NCBI GenBank assembly: GCA_951406725.2
Contig: OX597838.1
Span: forward strand, 18,166,001 to 18,230,000
DNA: 64,000 nt
Origin: Octopus vulgaris
Taxonomy: Eukaryota
Direction: 5' to 3'
Shown here: positions 1-13,629 of the stretch, in pieces
Layout: the number at the start of each line of letters is the position of its first letter
Position numbering within the stretch: the first letter of the stretch is position 1
The notes under the pieces: model-generated
What the model saw: only the letters and a program-made list of their open reading frames with translations
The model's database searches: none
What the model was told of the DNA's origin: nothing
Made by a program: the position numbers and the translations under genes

Positions 1-284
1 TTAATAAAGAATAGGTATTAATTCTGCTCAATGAAAAGGATGTCTGTAAGAGCTTAAAATATTCCTTCGGAGACAGAGATAGCAGGAAGAGTTGATGAAT
101 ATTATTACCAAGGTTGAACAAAACTCAATTTTTCAGTCCAAGACGATACACTAACAATAAAGAGGAGGATACGCATGGAACTATCTCGTTTGTAGATACA
201 ATCCTAGAAACCACAATACTTGAGATTCTTCAAAATAATATCCTCCAAACCAACCTTTAAATCTGAGTAAAACTATTAACAAGA

Positions 285-530
285 AATCCCGAAACTAGTC
301 CGAGCGTATCACCCAGGCTTGCGAGGAAGGGATGGCCTCCCTTTGCAAATACTTCAAGGGCACTGATATGGTGTCTAAAGCCAGCTAGAGACGACGATCT
401 CTTGAGGCTATAAAGCTACAGTAACACCCCCTCCCCAATGTGGTTAGCCATGATAAGATGGCTTCTATACTTTACATTATCGAGCGATTACTGTTTCAAT
501 CTCATTCTGAGATTTAATTATATTAACAAG
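285..530 (+). mobile_element. Degenerate copy of the Penelope-like repeat also at 39888-40299
   Basis: Shares ggatggc..ccctttgcaaatact, agccagct and aagctacag blocks, and the GAAAC-ta-GTC hammerhead 3' half, with 40065-40299. Confidence 0.55.
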
Positions 531-911
531 ACTTAGCTATAAAACGGAAGATAAGGAAATCTCCTTGTTGCAGGACGTTTGGTTTTGTTGGATGAGGTCA
601 AATTTTGAAGTTTAAAACTGGGAAGGCATTTTAAACAAAGAATTTGCGGCACATCATGTACGCAGTGAAATAAAAAAGCCATCGTCTAAACGGGAACAAA
701 ATGAATGAAAAGAGATAGAAATAAATAAACAGCGAATCGGAGATCCATCTGTAAGGGATACTTGTATGTAATGAGCATACTGGTATTTGTGCAGAGAGAT
801 TTAGAATACTAAGCGAGTGTCCCTTTTGAAAATCAAAGTTGAAAACGAACAGCTGTCCAAAGTTAACAATAAACAAATAAAAAAATAGATAGATAAATAA
901 ATAAATAAATA

Positions 912-1310
912 AGCGTAGGAGTGGCTGTGTTGCAAGTAGCTTGCTTACCAACCAGATGGTTCCGGGTTCAGTCCCACTGCGTGGCACCTTGGGCAAGTGT
1001 TTTCAACTATAGCCTCGAGCCGACCAAAGCCTTGTGAGTGGATTTGGTACACGGAAACTGAAAGAAGCCCGTCGTATATATGTATGTATATATATGTGTG
1101 TGTGTTTGGGTGTCTGTGTTTGTCCCCCCAACATCGCTTGACAACCGATGCTGGTGTGTTTACGTTCCCGTAACTTAGCGGTTCGGCAAAAGAGTCCGAT
1201 AGAATAAGTACTAGGCTTACAAAAAAAAAAAGTCCTGGGATCGATTTGCTCGACTAAAGGCGGTGCTCCAGCATGGCCACAGTCACATGACTGAAACAAG
1301 TAAAAGAGTA
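912..1310 (+). mobile_element. tRNA-derived SINE, family A (full length)
   Basis: A-box-like tggctgtgt(t/g)g, B-box-like ggttcagtcc, core ttgggcaagtgt, internal TA/TG microsatellite, tail ...gactgaaacaagtaaaagag; more than 10 near-identical copies in the window. Confidence 0.9.
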
Positions 1311-1455
1311 AGCTATAAAGATTTTCAATATGAAACTGAACCGGAAATAATATTGATAACCGTTGCCGAATACAGTTTTTTACTATCGGAAGAGCCGATA
1401 TTTTGACGGGCTGGATTTTTATGTTTTGATTGTATGAAAAACGTTATTCCAATGC

Positions 1456-1515
<60 letters not shown>

Positions 1516-2064
1516 GTTCGTAGTAACGAACGGAAGAAAGACTATTGAATGGGAACAGAGATAGAAATAAATAATGATTTATTAGTAACGATAATGATTT
1601 ATTCAGTAACAACGATGTCAGTATCTGACGTTTCTTGCTCGGAGAGACAATCCACTGAATTCAATATCTCCCGAAATAGAGAGTTCGGTATCTGAAGAAT
1701 ATTATGCCGTAGGCAGTCCTCACAATAGTTTATATCACGCTATGGCTGTATTTTGCGGGGACACCATTCATTCCTATTGAAACATTTGAAGATCTTGACA
1801 TATTTGAAAAGAAAAAAAAAACCCTAAAAAATCAATGAAATGAAAAGAAAAAATGTTTCTGGCTGATGTCCAATTCTCTATGATTATATCTTATGCGGTT
1901 GTGATTGTGCATTGTGTGGCAATGTTTATATATGTTTGTGCGTATAAGTACTGTGAATATGTATATGTTCACTACACTCACTGTTGAAAATTCTCCTGGA
2001 CTTTAGTAAGCCTTATTGAGTCTTTGACAGACGAAAAATGGTCTGGAACTGCGCCATAGCATTC

Positions 2065-2968
2065 TTTATTCTTTATTGCCCACAAAGAACTACACACAGA
2101 GGGGGCAAACAAGGACAGACAAACGAAATAATCGATTATATCGACTCCAGTGCGTACCTGGTACTTATTTAATCGACCTCGAAAGGACGAAAGGCAAAGT
2201 CGACCTCGGCGGAATTTGAACTCAGAACGTAGCGGCAGACGAAATACCTATTTCTTTACTACCCACAAGGGGCTAAACACAGAGGAGACAAACAAGGACA
2301 GACAAACGCATTAAGTCGATTATATCGACCCCAGTGCGTAACTGGTACTTATTTAATCGACCCCGAAAGGACGAAAGGTAAAGTCGACCTCGGCTGAATT
2401 TGAACTCAGAACGTAGCGGCAGACGAAATACCTATTTCTTTACTACCCACAAGGGGCTAAATACAGAGACGACAAACAAGGACAGACAAACGAATTAAGT
2501 CGATTATATCGACTCCAGTGCGTACCTGGTACTTATTTAATCGACCTCGAAAGGACGAAAGGCAAAGTCGACCTCGGCGGAATTTGAACTCAGAACGTAA
2601 CGGCAGACGAAATACCTATTTCTTTACTACCCACAAGGGGCTAAATACAGAGACGACAAACAAGGACAGACAAACGAATTAAGTCGATTATATCGACCCC
2701 AGTGCGTAACTGGTACTTATTTAATCGACCCCGAAAGGACGAAAGGCAAAGTCGACCTCGGCGGAATTTGAACTCGGAACGTAACGGCAGACGAAATACC
2801 TATTTCTTTACTACCCACAAGGGGCTAAACACAGAGGAGACAAACAAGGACAGACAAACGAATTAAGTCGATTATATCGACCCCAGTGCGTAACTTGTAC
2901 TTATTTAATCGACCCCGAAAGGACGAAAGGCACAGTCGACATCGGCGGAATTTGAACTCAGAACGTAG
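2065..2968 (-). repeat. Tandem array of five 184-bp units, each a 5'-truncated family-B SINE
   Basis: Anchor gaaatacctatttcttt recurs at 2241, 2425, 2609 and 2793 (period 184); the unit matches the full-length SINE at 18049-18279 minus its A-box head. Confidence 0.92.
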
Positions 2969-2971
2969 CAG

Positions 2972-3275
2972 CATAATGTTTGCCTCTCAAACCATCTTTC
3001 ATGGGGCCGAAGAGATGATAGTCCGTCCAGTGACGAGGAAGTGAAAACTGTAGTGAAGAAGTGACTCAAAGATCAGTCAACTGAATTTTACGGGGCAGGG
3101 ATACATGCTCTCATTCGAAGGTGGAGCATTGCTATTGAGAGAAACGGTGACTATGTTGAGAAGTAGGGATGTGATCCACAGAGGACCAGCTTCATTTTGA
3201 TGTATGATACATGTTCCTGTGTTGGTAATTATACTTGTACTAAACAAAATGGCATTACTTTTTGACTCACCCTCG
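2972..3275 (-). mobile_element. Half of a mariner-derived fold-back MITE (same family as 21159-21706, opposite orientation)
   Basis: Ends with TIR ...tttgactcaccctcg followed by TA; 2972-3024 is the reverse complement of the loop of the 21.1-kb copy. Confidence 0.85.
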
Positions 3276-3812
3276 TATATAAGTAGCATGGAAATGGACG
3301 TTAACATTTGTCTAGTTGTATTAGCAGCCACTTCCGTACTGAACAGTGGATTAAACGATGTGATCTTCCTACATTTCTGTCAGTTAGTTTGTGTAGGAGT
3401 TGTGTCGGTGTAGCCATTCTTTCCTTGAAATCACGTCTGGCTAACAATTAATCATAGTATGTGGTGGTTTAATGAAATAAAATACATGATCTGAGGATAA
3501 ATCAGAGATATGTCTCCTAATATTTCGAGTAATATACTGAAAAATCATGGTCGATTGGTCAGGTTATTTATTTATGTAAATACTTTCCTCATCAGGTTTA
3601 TACAAAGTATGATGTTAGCTAGCATTTATGGCCATGGTAATATTGATTTAGGTGGCTGTTTGTAGATTTGTATTTATAACGATCTTAAGGTTTTATTGGT
3701 TTCGTTATTCTTATGGACTTTTTTCTAATCTAGACCATATTACATCCGTTCCTGTTATGAACAGCTCGTCATTTCTTTATAATCATACACTACACTCAAC
3801 ATTTTTTTTTAC

Positions 3813-4810
3813 GCCCACGAAGTCAGTAATTAGGACCACGAAGTCTTAAGCCCACGAAGTCTTAGGCCCACGAAGTCTTAAGCTCACGAAGTCTTAGGCC
3901 CACGAAGTCTTAGGCCCACGAAGTCTTAAGCCCACGAAGTCTTAGGCTCACGAAGTCTTAGGCTCATAAAGTCTTAGGCCCACGAAGTCTTAGGTCCACG
4001 AAGTCTTAGGCCCACTAAGTCTTAGGCCCACGAAGTCTTAGACCCACGAAGTCTTAAGCCCACGAAGTCTTAAGCCCACGAATCTTAGGCCCACGAAGTC
4101 TTAGACCCACGAAGTCTTAATTCCACGAATTCTTAGTCCCACGAAGTCTTAAGCCCACGAAATCTTAAGCGCACGAAGTCTTAGGCCCACGAAGTCTTAA
4201 GCCCACGAAGTCTTAGGCCCACGAAGTCTTAGGCTCACGAAGTCTTAGGCTCACGATGTCTTAGGCCCACGAAGTCTTAGGTCCACGAAGTCTTAGGCCC
4301 ACTAAGTCTTAGGCCCACGAAGTCTTAGACCCACGAAGTCTTAAGCCCACGAAGTCTTAAGCCCACGAATCTTAGGCCCACGAAGTCTTAGACCCACGAA
4401 GTCTTAATTCCACGAATTCTTAGTCCCACGAAGTCTTAAGCCCACGAAATCTTAAGCGCACGAAGTCTTAGCCCCACGAAGTCTTAAGCCCACGAAGTCT
4501 TAGGCCCACGAAGTCTTAGGCTCACGAAGTCTTAGACCCACGAAGTCTTAGGCTCACGAAGTCTTAAGCCCACGAAGTCTTAAGCCCACGAAGTCTTAAG
4601 CCTACGAAGTCTTAAGCCCACGAAGTCTTAGGCCGACGAAGTCTTAGGCCCACGAAGTCTTAAGCCCACGAAGTCTTAGGCCCACGAAGTCTTAGGCTCA
4701 CAAAGTCTTAGGCTCACGAAGTCTTAGGCCCACGAAGTCTTAGGCCCACGAAGTCTTAGGCTCACAAAGTCTTAGGCCCACGCAGTCTTAGGCCCACGAA
4801 GTCAGTAATT
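3813..4810. repeat. 16-bp minisatellite (CCCACGAAGTCTTARG)n, about 60 units
   Basis: Direct reading; bounded by gcccacgaagtcagtaatt at both ends; 287-bp higher-order duplication. Confidence 0.97.
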
Positions 4811-5448
4811 TCGGTTCCGTCAAATATACCCATAGATGTGTCGAAGAGTCCTTCGTAATTTTTCTTCGCCCAGTCGAATCGTCATATATTCAGCTTAATC
4901 GTTGAAACTGACAGAGAATTTCTGGTGTTCATTATTATATCCAATATTAGACTCACTGGTAGAGGTATACGCTTTGCCAGAAGCATGCAAGGAAAGAGTA
5001 CAAGAGATCGACGGGTAGAATTCCACCACATGAAAACGTATAAAGTAATGTTAAGCTTATCTGCTAAACAGCTGAACTGTCTTCTTATGTTCCGTCTCCT
5101 CGAATAGTTTAATGTTGTACAGGTATTTTTTTAGTTGGTATTGTGATATCTCCAGAGAAGAACATCGCAGTTTCATAAACTACCCACGGAGATGTCGAAG
5201 AGTTCTTCGCAATTCTTCCTTCCCCACCCTCGTGGAAATCATCTTAAAACAACAAAGATTTCCTGGGCTTCCTTATTATGTAAATATTAATTCTGTGATA
5301 GAGTCATTAACATTTGCCAAACTCTGGTGCTTGCAAGGAAATATTCTTAGAGATCTAAATTCTAGACGTTCTTGTAGATGGGTAGAATTCTATAAGAACG
5401 TCTAGAATAAAGATTCGTACCAAATCCATTTACCGTTTCCTTCAACAA

Positions 5449-5739
<291 letters not shown>

Positions 5740-5750
5740 GCATACGTACA

Positions 5751-6205
5751 GGGGGAGAATTCACGAAAAAATCAAACAAAAGACGAAGACAGGTGGTGTA
5801 GACAATAAACAGATGTATTCGTTTAACGCTCGGGAAGTGAAAAAGTCTTTAACGTTTCGAGCCTATGCTCTTCCACAGAAAGGAACACAGAAAGAAACAG
5901 GGAGAGAAAATAAAGAATGTGTAGTGGCTAGCGATCTATCATGGCAAATGACGAGAGAGGGGTTACACAGGGAAGCTAGGAAGAAGGGGAGATAATAAAG
6001 TAGTGGTGATCTCAAAACGAAGGTGCGCGTGCGGGTGTATAAGAGAGCATCTATGTGTACGTGGGAGAGGGCTGATGACCTTGACGTGTGCATGTGTAGA
6101 TGTGTGGATGATGGTGTGGGTGCCGGGAAGTGGTCAGTGCTATTGTGTGCGTGGTGGTGTAATGTGAGGTGGTATTGTGTGAATAGGTGGTGTGTGGTGT
6201 GATGG
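5751..6205 (-). mobile_element. Short Penelope-like element, family E, with hammerhead-like fold at 5847-5882
   Basis: Starts gggagaattcacgaaaaa next to (TA)n, like the copies at 11094 and 29478; 5944-6013 is repeated at 6869-6942. Confidence 0.6.
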
Positions 6206-6223
6206 TATGTATATATATATATA

Positions 6224-6279
<56 letters not shown>

Positions 6280-6281
<2 letters not shown>

Positions 6282-6442
6282 CGCAGGAATGGCTGTGCGG
6301 TAAGTAGCTTGCTTTCCAACCACATGTTTCCGGTTTCAGTCCCACTGCGTGGTATCTTGGGCAAGTGTCTTCTACTATAGCCTCGGGCCGACCAAAGCCT
6401 TGTGAATGGATCTGGCAGACGGAAACTGAAATAAGCCTGTCG

Positions 6443-6497
<55 letters not shown>

Positions 6498-6703
6498 TTG
6501 TGTGTCTGTGTTTGTCCCCGCCAACATTGCTTGACAACCGATGCTGGTGTGTTTACGTCCCCATCACCTAGCGGTTCGGTAAGAGAGACCAATAGAATAA
6601 GTACTAGGCTTAAAAAGAATAAATCCTGGGGTCGACTTGCTCGACTAAATGCGGTGCACCAGCATGGCCGCAGTCAAATGACTGAAACAAATAAATAAAA
6701 AGA
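6280..6703 (+). mobile_element. SINE family A
   Basis: Full-length match to 912-1310. Confidence 0.9.
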
Positions 6704-7192
6704 AAAAATATATGTATATATGTATGTACATATATATATGTATATATATGTGTATACACACACACATGGTAAACAGCGTGTCTGTGTGCTAGTATTTGTG
6801 GTGGGGATGAGAGAATTACTACAGCGATTGCTGTTGTAGCTGTGGTAGGAAACACTGAAAGAGAAAGCTGCAAATGACGGACAGAGGGGTCACACAGGGG
6901 AGCTAGGAAGAAGGGGAGATAATAAAGTAGTGGTGATCTCAACACTATTGGTTTGTGAACTAGTAGTGTTTTGGTGTGCCTTCGCCAATGGATCTGATGG
7001 CTTTCTTGGGGCGTGGGAGATGCGAGTCAAGGATGCTTGAATGTCTGTATCAGAAACACTGTTAAACTGTAAGTTGGCAGTCAGTACTGTAGAGTGAGCT
7101 ATGCATGCTTGTATGTATGTGTAACAATAACAAATGTCCTACAATTACATGTATGAGCAGAAATGTTGTGTATGTGTGGAATGTTAGTGTGC

Positions 7193-7233
<41 letters not shown>

Positions 7234-7306
7234 TGTGTGTGTGTAGTGGCAACGCCATCCTATATGTGTGTGAGCAGGACTGCAATGTGGGTCCTTGGAG
7301 TTTGTT

Positions 7307-7771
7307 GGCGTAGGAGTGGCTGTGTGGTAGCTTACTTACCAACCATATGGTTCTGGGTTCAGTCCCACTGCGTGGCACCTTAGGCAAGTGTCTTCTACTA
7401 TAGCCACGGTCCGACCAAAGCCTTGTGACTGGATTTGGTAGACGGAAACTGAAAGAAGCCCGTCGTATATATGTATATATATGTGTGCGTGTATGTATGT
7501 ATGTATGTATGTATGCATGTATGTATGTGTGTGTGTGCTTGTGTGTGTGCGTGTGTGTGTGTTTGTGTGTGTGTGTTTGTCCCCACAACATCGCTTGACA
7601 GTCGATGCTGGTGTGTTTACGTCCCCGTAACTTAGCGGTTCGGCAAAAGAGACCGATAGAATAAGTTCTAGGCTTACAAAGAATAAGACCCGGGATCGAT
7701 TTGCTCGACTAAAGGCGGTGCTCCAGCATGGCCACAGTCAAATGATTGAAACAAGTAAAAGAGTAAAAGAG
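7307..7771 (+). mobile_element. SINE family A
   Basis: Full-length match with an expanded internal (TATG)/(TG) tract. Confidence 0.9.
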
Positions 7772-8080
7772 TCAGTAATTTATGAAGATTGGTGTATTTT
7801 CTTTAGGTTTAAACCAAACCTCGGTTGAATTAAACGAAGTTTAGGTTTAAACGAATTTTAAGTGCAGGTTTAAATTGAGATTAAACTTTAACTAAATTTA
7901 GGCTTAGTTTTACGAGTTTTAATTTTAACTAAAATTTGCATCCACACATAGTCTTTTTAATGAATTCTGTATCATTTTTTATTAGTTCTGGTATGTAATT
8001 GTCTACAAATATACACAAAAACCTTTTTGACATTTTACATAAATTTTTATTAATTTTCTTTTCTCTTTCATCTGATACAG

Positions 8081-8488
8081 GACGACAGCATTCACCGTGA
8101 AGGACTGATTCGATGGGCAGACGGTTTCATTGTGGTTTATGCAGTGAATGACCGAGACAGCTTTGATGAAGTCAAAGACATTAAACAATACCTGGACCAG
8201 GTGAAACGAACAAACGTCCACTGTGTTTTAGTGGGAAACAAGACCGACTTACTACACGAAAGGAAAGTTACATCGTCTGAAGGCCGACAGTTGGCTATTG
8301 AGCTGTCCTGTGCATTCTTTGAAACGTCCGCCAGTGACTGTATCTGTGAGATTTCCGAAGCTTTCCAAGACTTACATCGGGATATAAAACGACGAAAACA
8401 AATGGAAGGGAAACCCCGGAGACGAAGTTCAGCTCAGCAGGTTCGGCAAGCGTTTAGCAAAATGTTCAAAATTCAGGGACCAACTTGA
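8081..8488 (+). CDS. RERG: Terminal coding exon of a RERG-like small GTPase (Ras-related and estrogen-regulated growth inhibitor); upstream exons not found in the window
   Basis: Polypyrimidine tract and acceptor (ttttcttttctctttcatctgatacag, AG at 8079-8080), then a phase-0 frame DDSIHREGLIRWADGFIVVYAVNDRDSF...VLVGNKTDL (G4)...FFETSAS (G5)...GKPRRRSSAQQVRQAFSKMFKIQGPT-stop. Closely parallels vertebrate RERG as recalled (EDTIQREGHMRWGEGF...RRRSSTTHVKQAINKM); no CAAX box, as in RERG. Confidence 0.9.
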   Translation, partial: DDSIHREGLIRWADGFIVVYAVNDRDSFDEVKDIKQYLDQVKRTNVHCVLVGNKTDLLHERKVTSSEGRQLAIELSCAFFETSASDCICEISEAFQDLHRDIKRRKQMEGKPRRRSSAQQVRQAFSKMFKIQGPT

Positions 8489-8683
8489 ACTCGGCAGAGA
8501 TTCATTCACCCAACCAACGTCCTCTTTCCATTGAAAAGAAAAATGTTTGTGTTTATTTTCCCCAAAAAATTTGATTACCCAAAAGTGAGAAAGAAAGAAA
8601 GAATGGTGGGGAAACATCAATAATTATAATGATGTTGATGGAATCAATAATTAAAATGATATTGAACTGTTAAATTATGATAA

Positions 8684-8689
8684 AATAAA
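8684..8689 (+). promoter_or_regulatory. Candidate polyadenylation signal for RERG (alternatives at ~10083 and ~10602)
   Basis: AATAAA about 200 bp after the stop codon; the AT-rich background makes this weak. Confidence 0.25.
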
Positions 8690-9830
8690 TCAAATTGAAA
8701 AAAACTTGGTTAAGAAGATAAAAAACTTCAGAGACTATTTCGGGGGATATTTTGGAAAATTAAAATCTTTTTACATTTTAAAGCAAACATTTGATAAAAC
8801 TGTCACGCATACACCACACACATACACGTCCACATACACCTACGAACATACATACATAGATATATATCGGCAAGCGAAGACGCGTATACATTGAGTCACA
8901 CGTAAATTGATTTAAACATCGAGCCAAAATATGCATTGAGACTTACAAGTACATATATGTAATACATGCATACATATGTATATATATTCACACAGGCAGA
9001 CAGACAGACACACACACACAATCGTGCGCGCGCGCGTATAAATTGTCTTAGAAAGCTTCCTACAATGCGAAAAAATGTATAACTTAATAATTCCTAATAT
9101 TTCGAGTAACATACCCTTCGACGGAAGAAAACAGTTTAAATAGTATCAGAGGATTAAAATTCCTTTTTGTAGTAATAGTAACATAAGCAGCAACGACGTC
9201 GGTAATGTGGTAGTAGTAGAAGAAGTAGTGTTAGTGGTAGCAAAAGTAGCAGCACCAGTAGTAGTGGTAGTAGTAGTAGTAGTAGTAGTATTATTATTAT
9301 TATTATTAGTAGTAGTAGTAGTAGTAGTAGTTGTTGTAGTAGTAGTAGTTATGTTGGTGTAACCGATCCACTCTGGGTCGTTGGCTTGGGCCTTTTTCTG
9401 AGAATTACATTTATCCAAAAGTTACCTACGTTACGTTCCGTGGCCAAAATTATGGCAGACATAGTTTTATTGGTGTGTCTATATTTCACGATCTGTCTCC
9501 TATGTCGATCAGTAAATTACTCGAAATATACGGAAGCATAGGGATTATAAATACATTCTTTTGCATTGTATCATGCCTTCCAGCAAACTGTATTATATGA
9601 GAACGGTTAAAGCAAGCTACTGCACACTTACATGCAGACACACGTGTATACACACATAGATACATATATAATATATATATGTGTGTATATATGTATATAT
9701 ATGTGCGTGTGTATGTATGTATATGTTGCATTGTATGAGTTGTAAAATATATTTGAAATATATTTTGCGGAGTTCAAACATTATCTGATAAAGTGTTCAG
9801 TATTGTGAGTTGAGTTTATAGATATGCTTA

Positions 9831-10426
9831 CCGCAAATCCTCGAGTATAATCCGCACGTTTTTTCCCAAATTTTAATGGTCAATATCCCTAGTCCGTACT
9901 ATATACGAAGTTAAAAATGAAAAATATTTTCTAAGCAATGTCCAAGTCTCTATTTGCTGTCCGGCAATGTTTATTCAGACGCATTTTGTGATGTCGGGAG
10001 CGAAAATACCTTAAGCTAAGCCTGAAAGCAATGAACTCATAAAAGAATCATCCATAACTTGCAGAGAGCAACATTTATTAAAATAAAACTATTCAGAATA
10101 CAGAATAACATGTAAAAAAAAAAAAACAATTTGCAAAGATATTTACATTCCCATATTACAGTTAAGAACATCACCATTATTGTCTTACGCATGCGCGGAA
10201 GTGTTTGTTCGACTAGGTACTGCTGGCTTAATTACGCACGACTCAAGTTAGGGAAGGACGTTACCGTATACAGTTTTACAAACCAAGGACGTTATATAGA
10301 CCTCCTTGACTCAAGTTAGAGAAGGGGTGCGTATTATACACAAGGTTTAGGTTTTTCAGAAGTACAGCCCCCTAAAAATCCCCTACGTATTATACTCAAG
10401 GGCGGACTATACTCGAAGATTGACGG
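9831..10426. mobile_element. Non-autonomous Tc2/pogo-like DNA transposon (MITE)
   Basis: TIRs ccgcaaatcctcgagtataatccgc / gcggactatactcgaagattgacgg with TA on both flanks (9829-9830, 10427-10428); repeated subterminal gtattatac motifs; no transposase ORF. Confidence 0.8.
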
Positions 10427-11054
10427 TATATGTTTATTGTATCATGAGTCGACAGTGTATTCCGAGTTTTACCCTAGTCTAAGGCGAAGTTCCGAATAGA
10501 CGGCCAACTTTTCATATGGCATACACTCAAACACACACACAAACACATACACTTATTGAGATGAACATTGATTAACATTGATTAACATTAATGACGTCCT
10601 AAATAAAGAAAAACTGATTTTTATGGTTGTAATTTTATTAAAATAACAAGAATTTTGGCCCAGACAAATTTGGATCAATCAATTTGCATAATTAATTTAT
10701 GTGATTCAAGACACGTACTTACACATACTGAAGCAGCACTAAGATTCTGTTTCACAAGACACTAACCTATGTATTTATGCACTCACGGATAAAATGATTA
10801 AAATTAAAAATTAAAAAAAAGCGAAAAAAATCCACATTTTATTTTCTCTCCCATATTTGGAGAAGTTGTGGAAATTTTAGTAAAAGGTCTATAAATATTT
10901 GATGAGAGTTTTGTTATTGTTTCAGGAGTATTTTGTTCGTGATAGGGCAGTAGTTGTTTGTATATTAGTTTAGTATTAAATTTTATAAACAATGATTGCT
11001 TTATGATTTATTTAATGTTAATGTAATAGAAGATTTACGCGGTTTTATGCAGAA

Positions 11055-11093
<39 letters not shown>

Positions 11094-11096
<3 letters not shown>

Positions 11097-11305
11097 AGAA
11101 TTCACGAAAAAAACAACAACAAAAGACGAAGACAGCTGGTGTTGAAAACAATAGTATAACGCTCAAAAATTGAAAAAGTCTTTAACGTTTCGAGCCTACG
11201 CTCTTCCACAGAAAGGAACACAGAAGGAAACAAAGAGAGAAAAAATGTGTATAGTGGCTGCCGATCTATCATGGCGAATGCCGGACAGAAGGGCCACACG
11301 GGAGA
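11094..11305 (-). mobile_element. Short Penelope-like element, family E, hammerhead-like fold at 11180-11215
   Basis: Homologous to 5751-5970; embedded between (TA)n tracts. Confidence 0.6.
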
Positions 11306-11317
11306 TATATTATATAT

Positions 11318-11368
<51 letters not shown>

Positions 11369-12119
11369 TAAATATAAATATATATATTCACTGTGTTGAA
11401 TAGAATACCATGCGGTAATCGTTGCAGACATCTACGTTATGAGTTCAAATCCTACCGAAACTAACTTTGCCCTTCATATTTTCTAATCTGAAAACGTACC
11501 TGTTAAATTCTGTACAGGTGAAGAAAAATCTAGGGTTTCTTCTTCTTCTTCTTCTTCTTCTTCTTTTTCTTCTTTCTTCCTCCTTCTCCTTCTCCTCGTC
11601 GTCCTCCTCCTCGTCGTTCTCCCCCTCCCCCTCCTCCCACCACCACCACCAACATAAACGTATGATCGAAGACAGATATGATCAACTATGATCATTCCGT
11701 GACTTTTATGCTCCCCAAACTCAATAATGAAGGCACGACTAATTTTGTCTAACGTTATCCAGTTTTGAAAGACGGTAGGCTACGATTTGTGTGAGATTTG
11801 GCTGCTGTTTTCAGCACTTCGAGCGACCACCTATAAGCTCCAAGTGAATTTGAACAGTAAATAGAACTCAGATCATGAGAACATTAGAGATGACTGGTCT
11901 CCGTCGTCAAAAATACTTTCATGCAATTCGTTATCAAAGAAGAAGAATGGCTATTCAATGCAAGGGAGATAACTCCGTATGCACTGGGAAAGTTATTTCC
12001 CTTTACTTGCAAAAAAAAAAAGAATCTGTGATGCAGACGACCATCATGTGATAGATAAACACAGGTTTGTGTTGTTGAGACGTTGTTTGTGTCGCCTCCT
12101 TAACACATATTCTGGTTTC

Positions 12120-12312
12120 AAATTTTGGGACAAAGGGACTGACTCGATTAAAAGAAACCCATTGCTCAACTGCTACTTAATTTTATCGATCTCCATTGGG
12201 TTCAAAGGCAAAGTCGACCGCGGCGGAATTTAAACTCAGAACGTAGCGACGGGTAAAAATATCACTAAACATTTCGTCTAATTCGTGCTAACGATTCTGT
12301 GAGCTCACCGCC
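12120..12312 (-). mobile_element. SINE family B (diverged)
   Basis: aaaggcaaagtcgac...ggcggaattt.aactcagaacgt...gctaacgattctg motif chain. Confidence 0.8.
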
Positions 12313-12313
12313 T

Positions 12314-12854
<541 letters not shown>

Positions 12855-13182
12855 TGGTGGTGAAGGAATTGGAGCTGATAGAAGCGGATTTAAAAACGTA
12901 AAAAAAAATCGTAAATAGACTGGATCAGCTTAATTAAGCAACAGAAATATACATTGTGAATGACCAACAGGAATATACATTCTAACTGGCCAGTAGCAAC
13001 GTAGATTCCAACTGATCAATAGAAATAGGCATTCTAATTGGCCAATAGAAATATACAATCTGAGGAATAATAATATGCATATTGATTGGTCAATAGAGAA
13101 TAGCCAATTTAAATAGGCGAGTCTCTGTATGGCGATTTAATCTACTGGAAATAGCAACCAAATAATCCCTGAATCATACTCT

Positions 13183-13629
13183 CTCTTGTACTCTTTTACT
13201 TGTTTCAGTCATTTGACTGCGGCCATGCTGGAGTAAATCGACCCCAGTACTTATTCTTTGTAAGCCTAGTACTTATTCTATCGGTATCTCTTTTTGCCGA
13301 ACCGACAAAGTTACGGGACGTAAACACACAAGCATCGGTTGTCAAGCGATGTCGGGGGGAACAAACACAGACACACAAACACACATACACACACACACAC
13401 ACACATACACACACACACACACACAGACACATATATATATATACATATACATATATACGACGGGCTTTTTTTCAGTTTCCGTCTACCAAATCCACTCACA
13501 AGGCATTGGTCGGCCCGAGGCTATAGTAGAAGACACTTGCCCAAGGTGCCACGCAGTGGGACTGAACCCGGAACCATGTGGTTGGTAGGTAAGCTACTTT
13601 CCACACAGCCACTCCTGCGCCTTCTGCGC
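13183..13629 (-). mobile_element. SINE family A with probable 8-bp TSD catactct
   Basis: Reverse-complement full-length match; catactct at 13175-13182 and 13630-13637. Confidence 0.88.

Noticed and set aside
631-1299. Recurrent peptides such as [18 protein letters not shown] or [15 protein letters not shown] suggesting a gene family
   Set aside because: They are translations of SINE family A copies.
2065-2968. CRISPR array or tRNA/5S gene cluster
   Set aside because: Whole 184-bp units are near-identical and match a dispersed SINE; no complete cloverleaf.
3813-4810. CRISPR-like or telomeric array
   Set aside because: Units are contiguous with no unique spacers and no cas genes; TTAGG is only part of a 16-mer, not a pure telomeric repeat.
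6945-7090. Possible LINE RT C-terminal fragment (minus strand, ILDS...KAIRSIG)
   Set aside because: Too short and degenerate to support a call.
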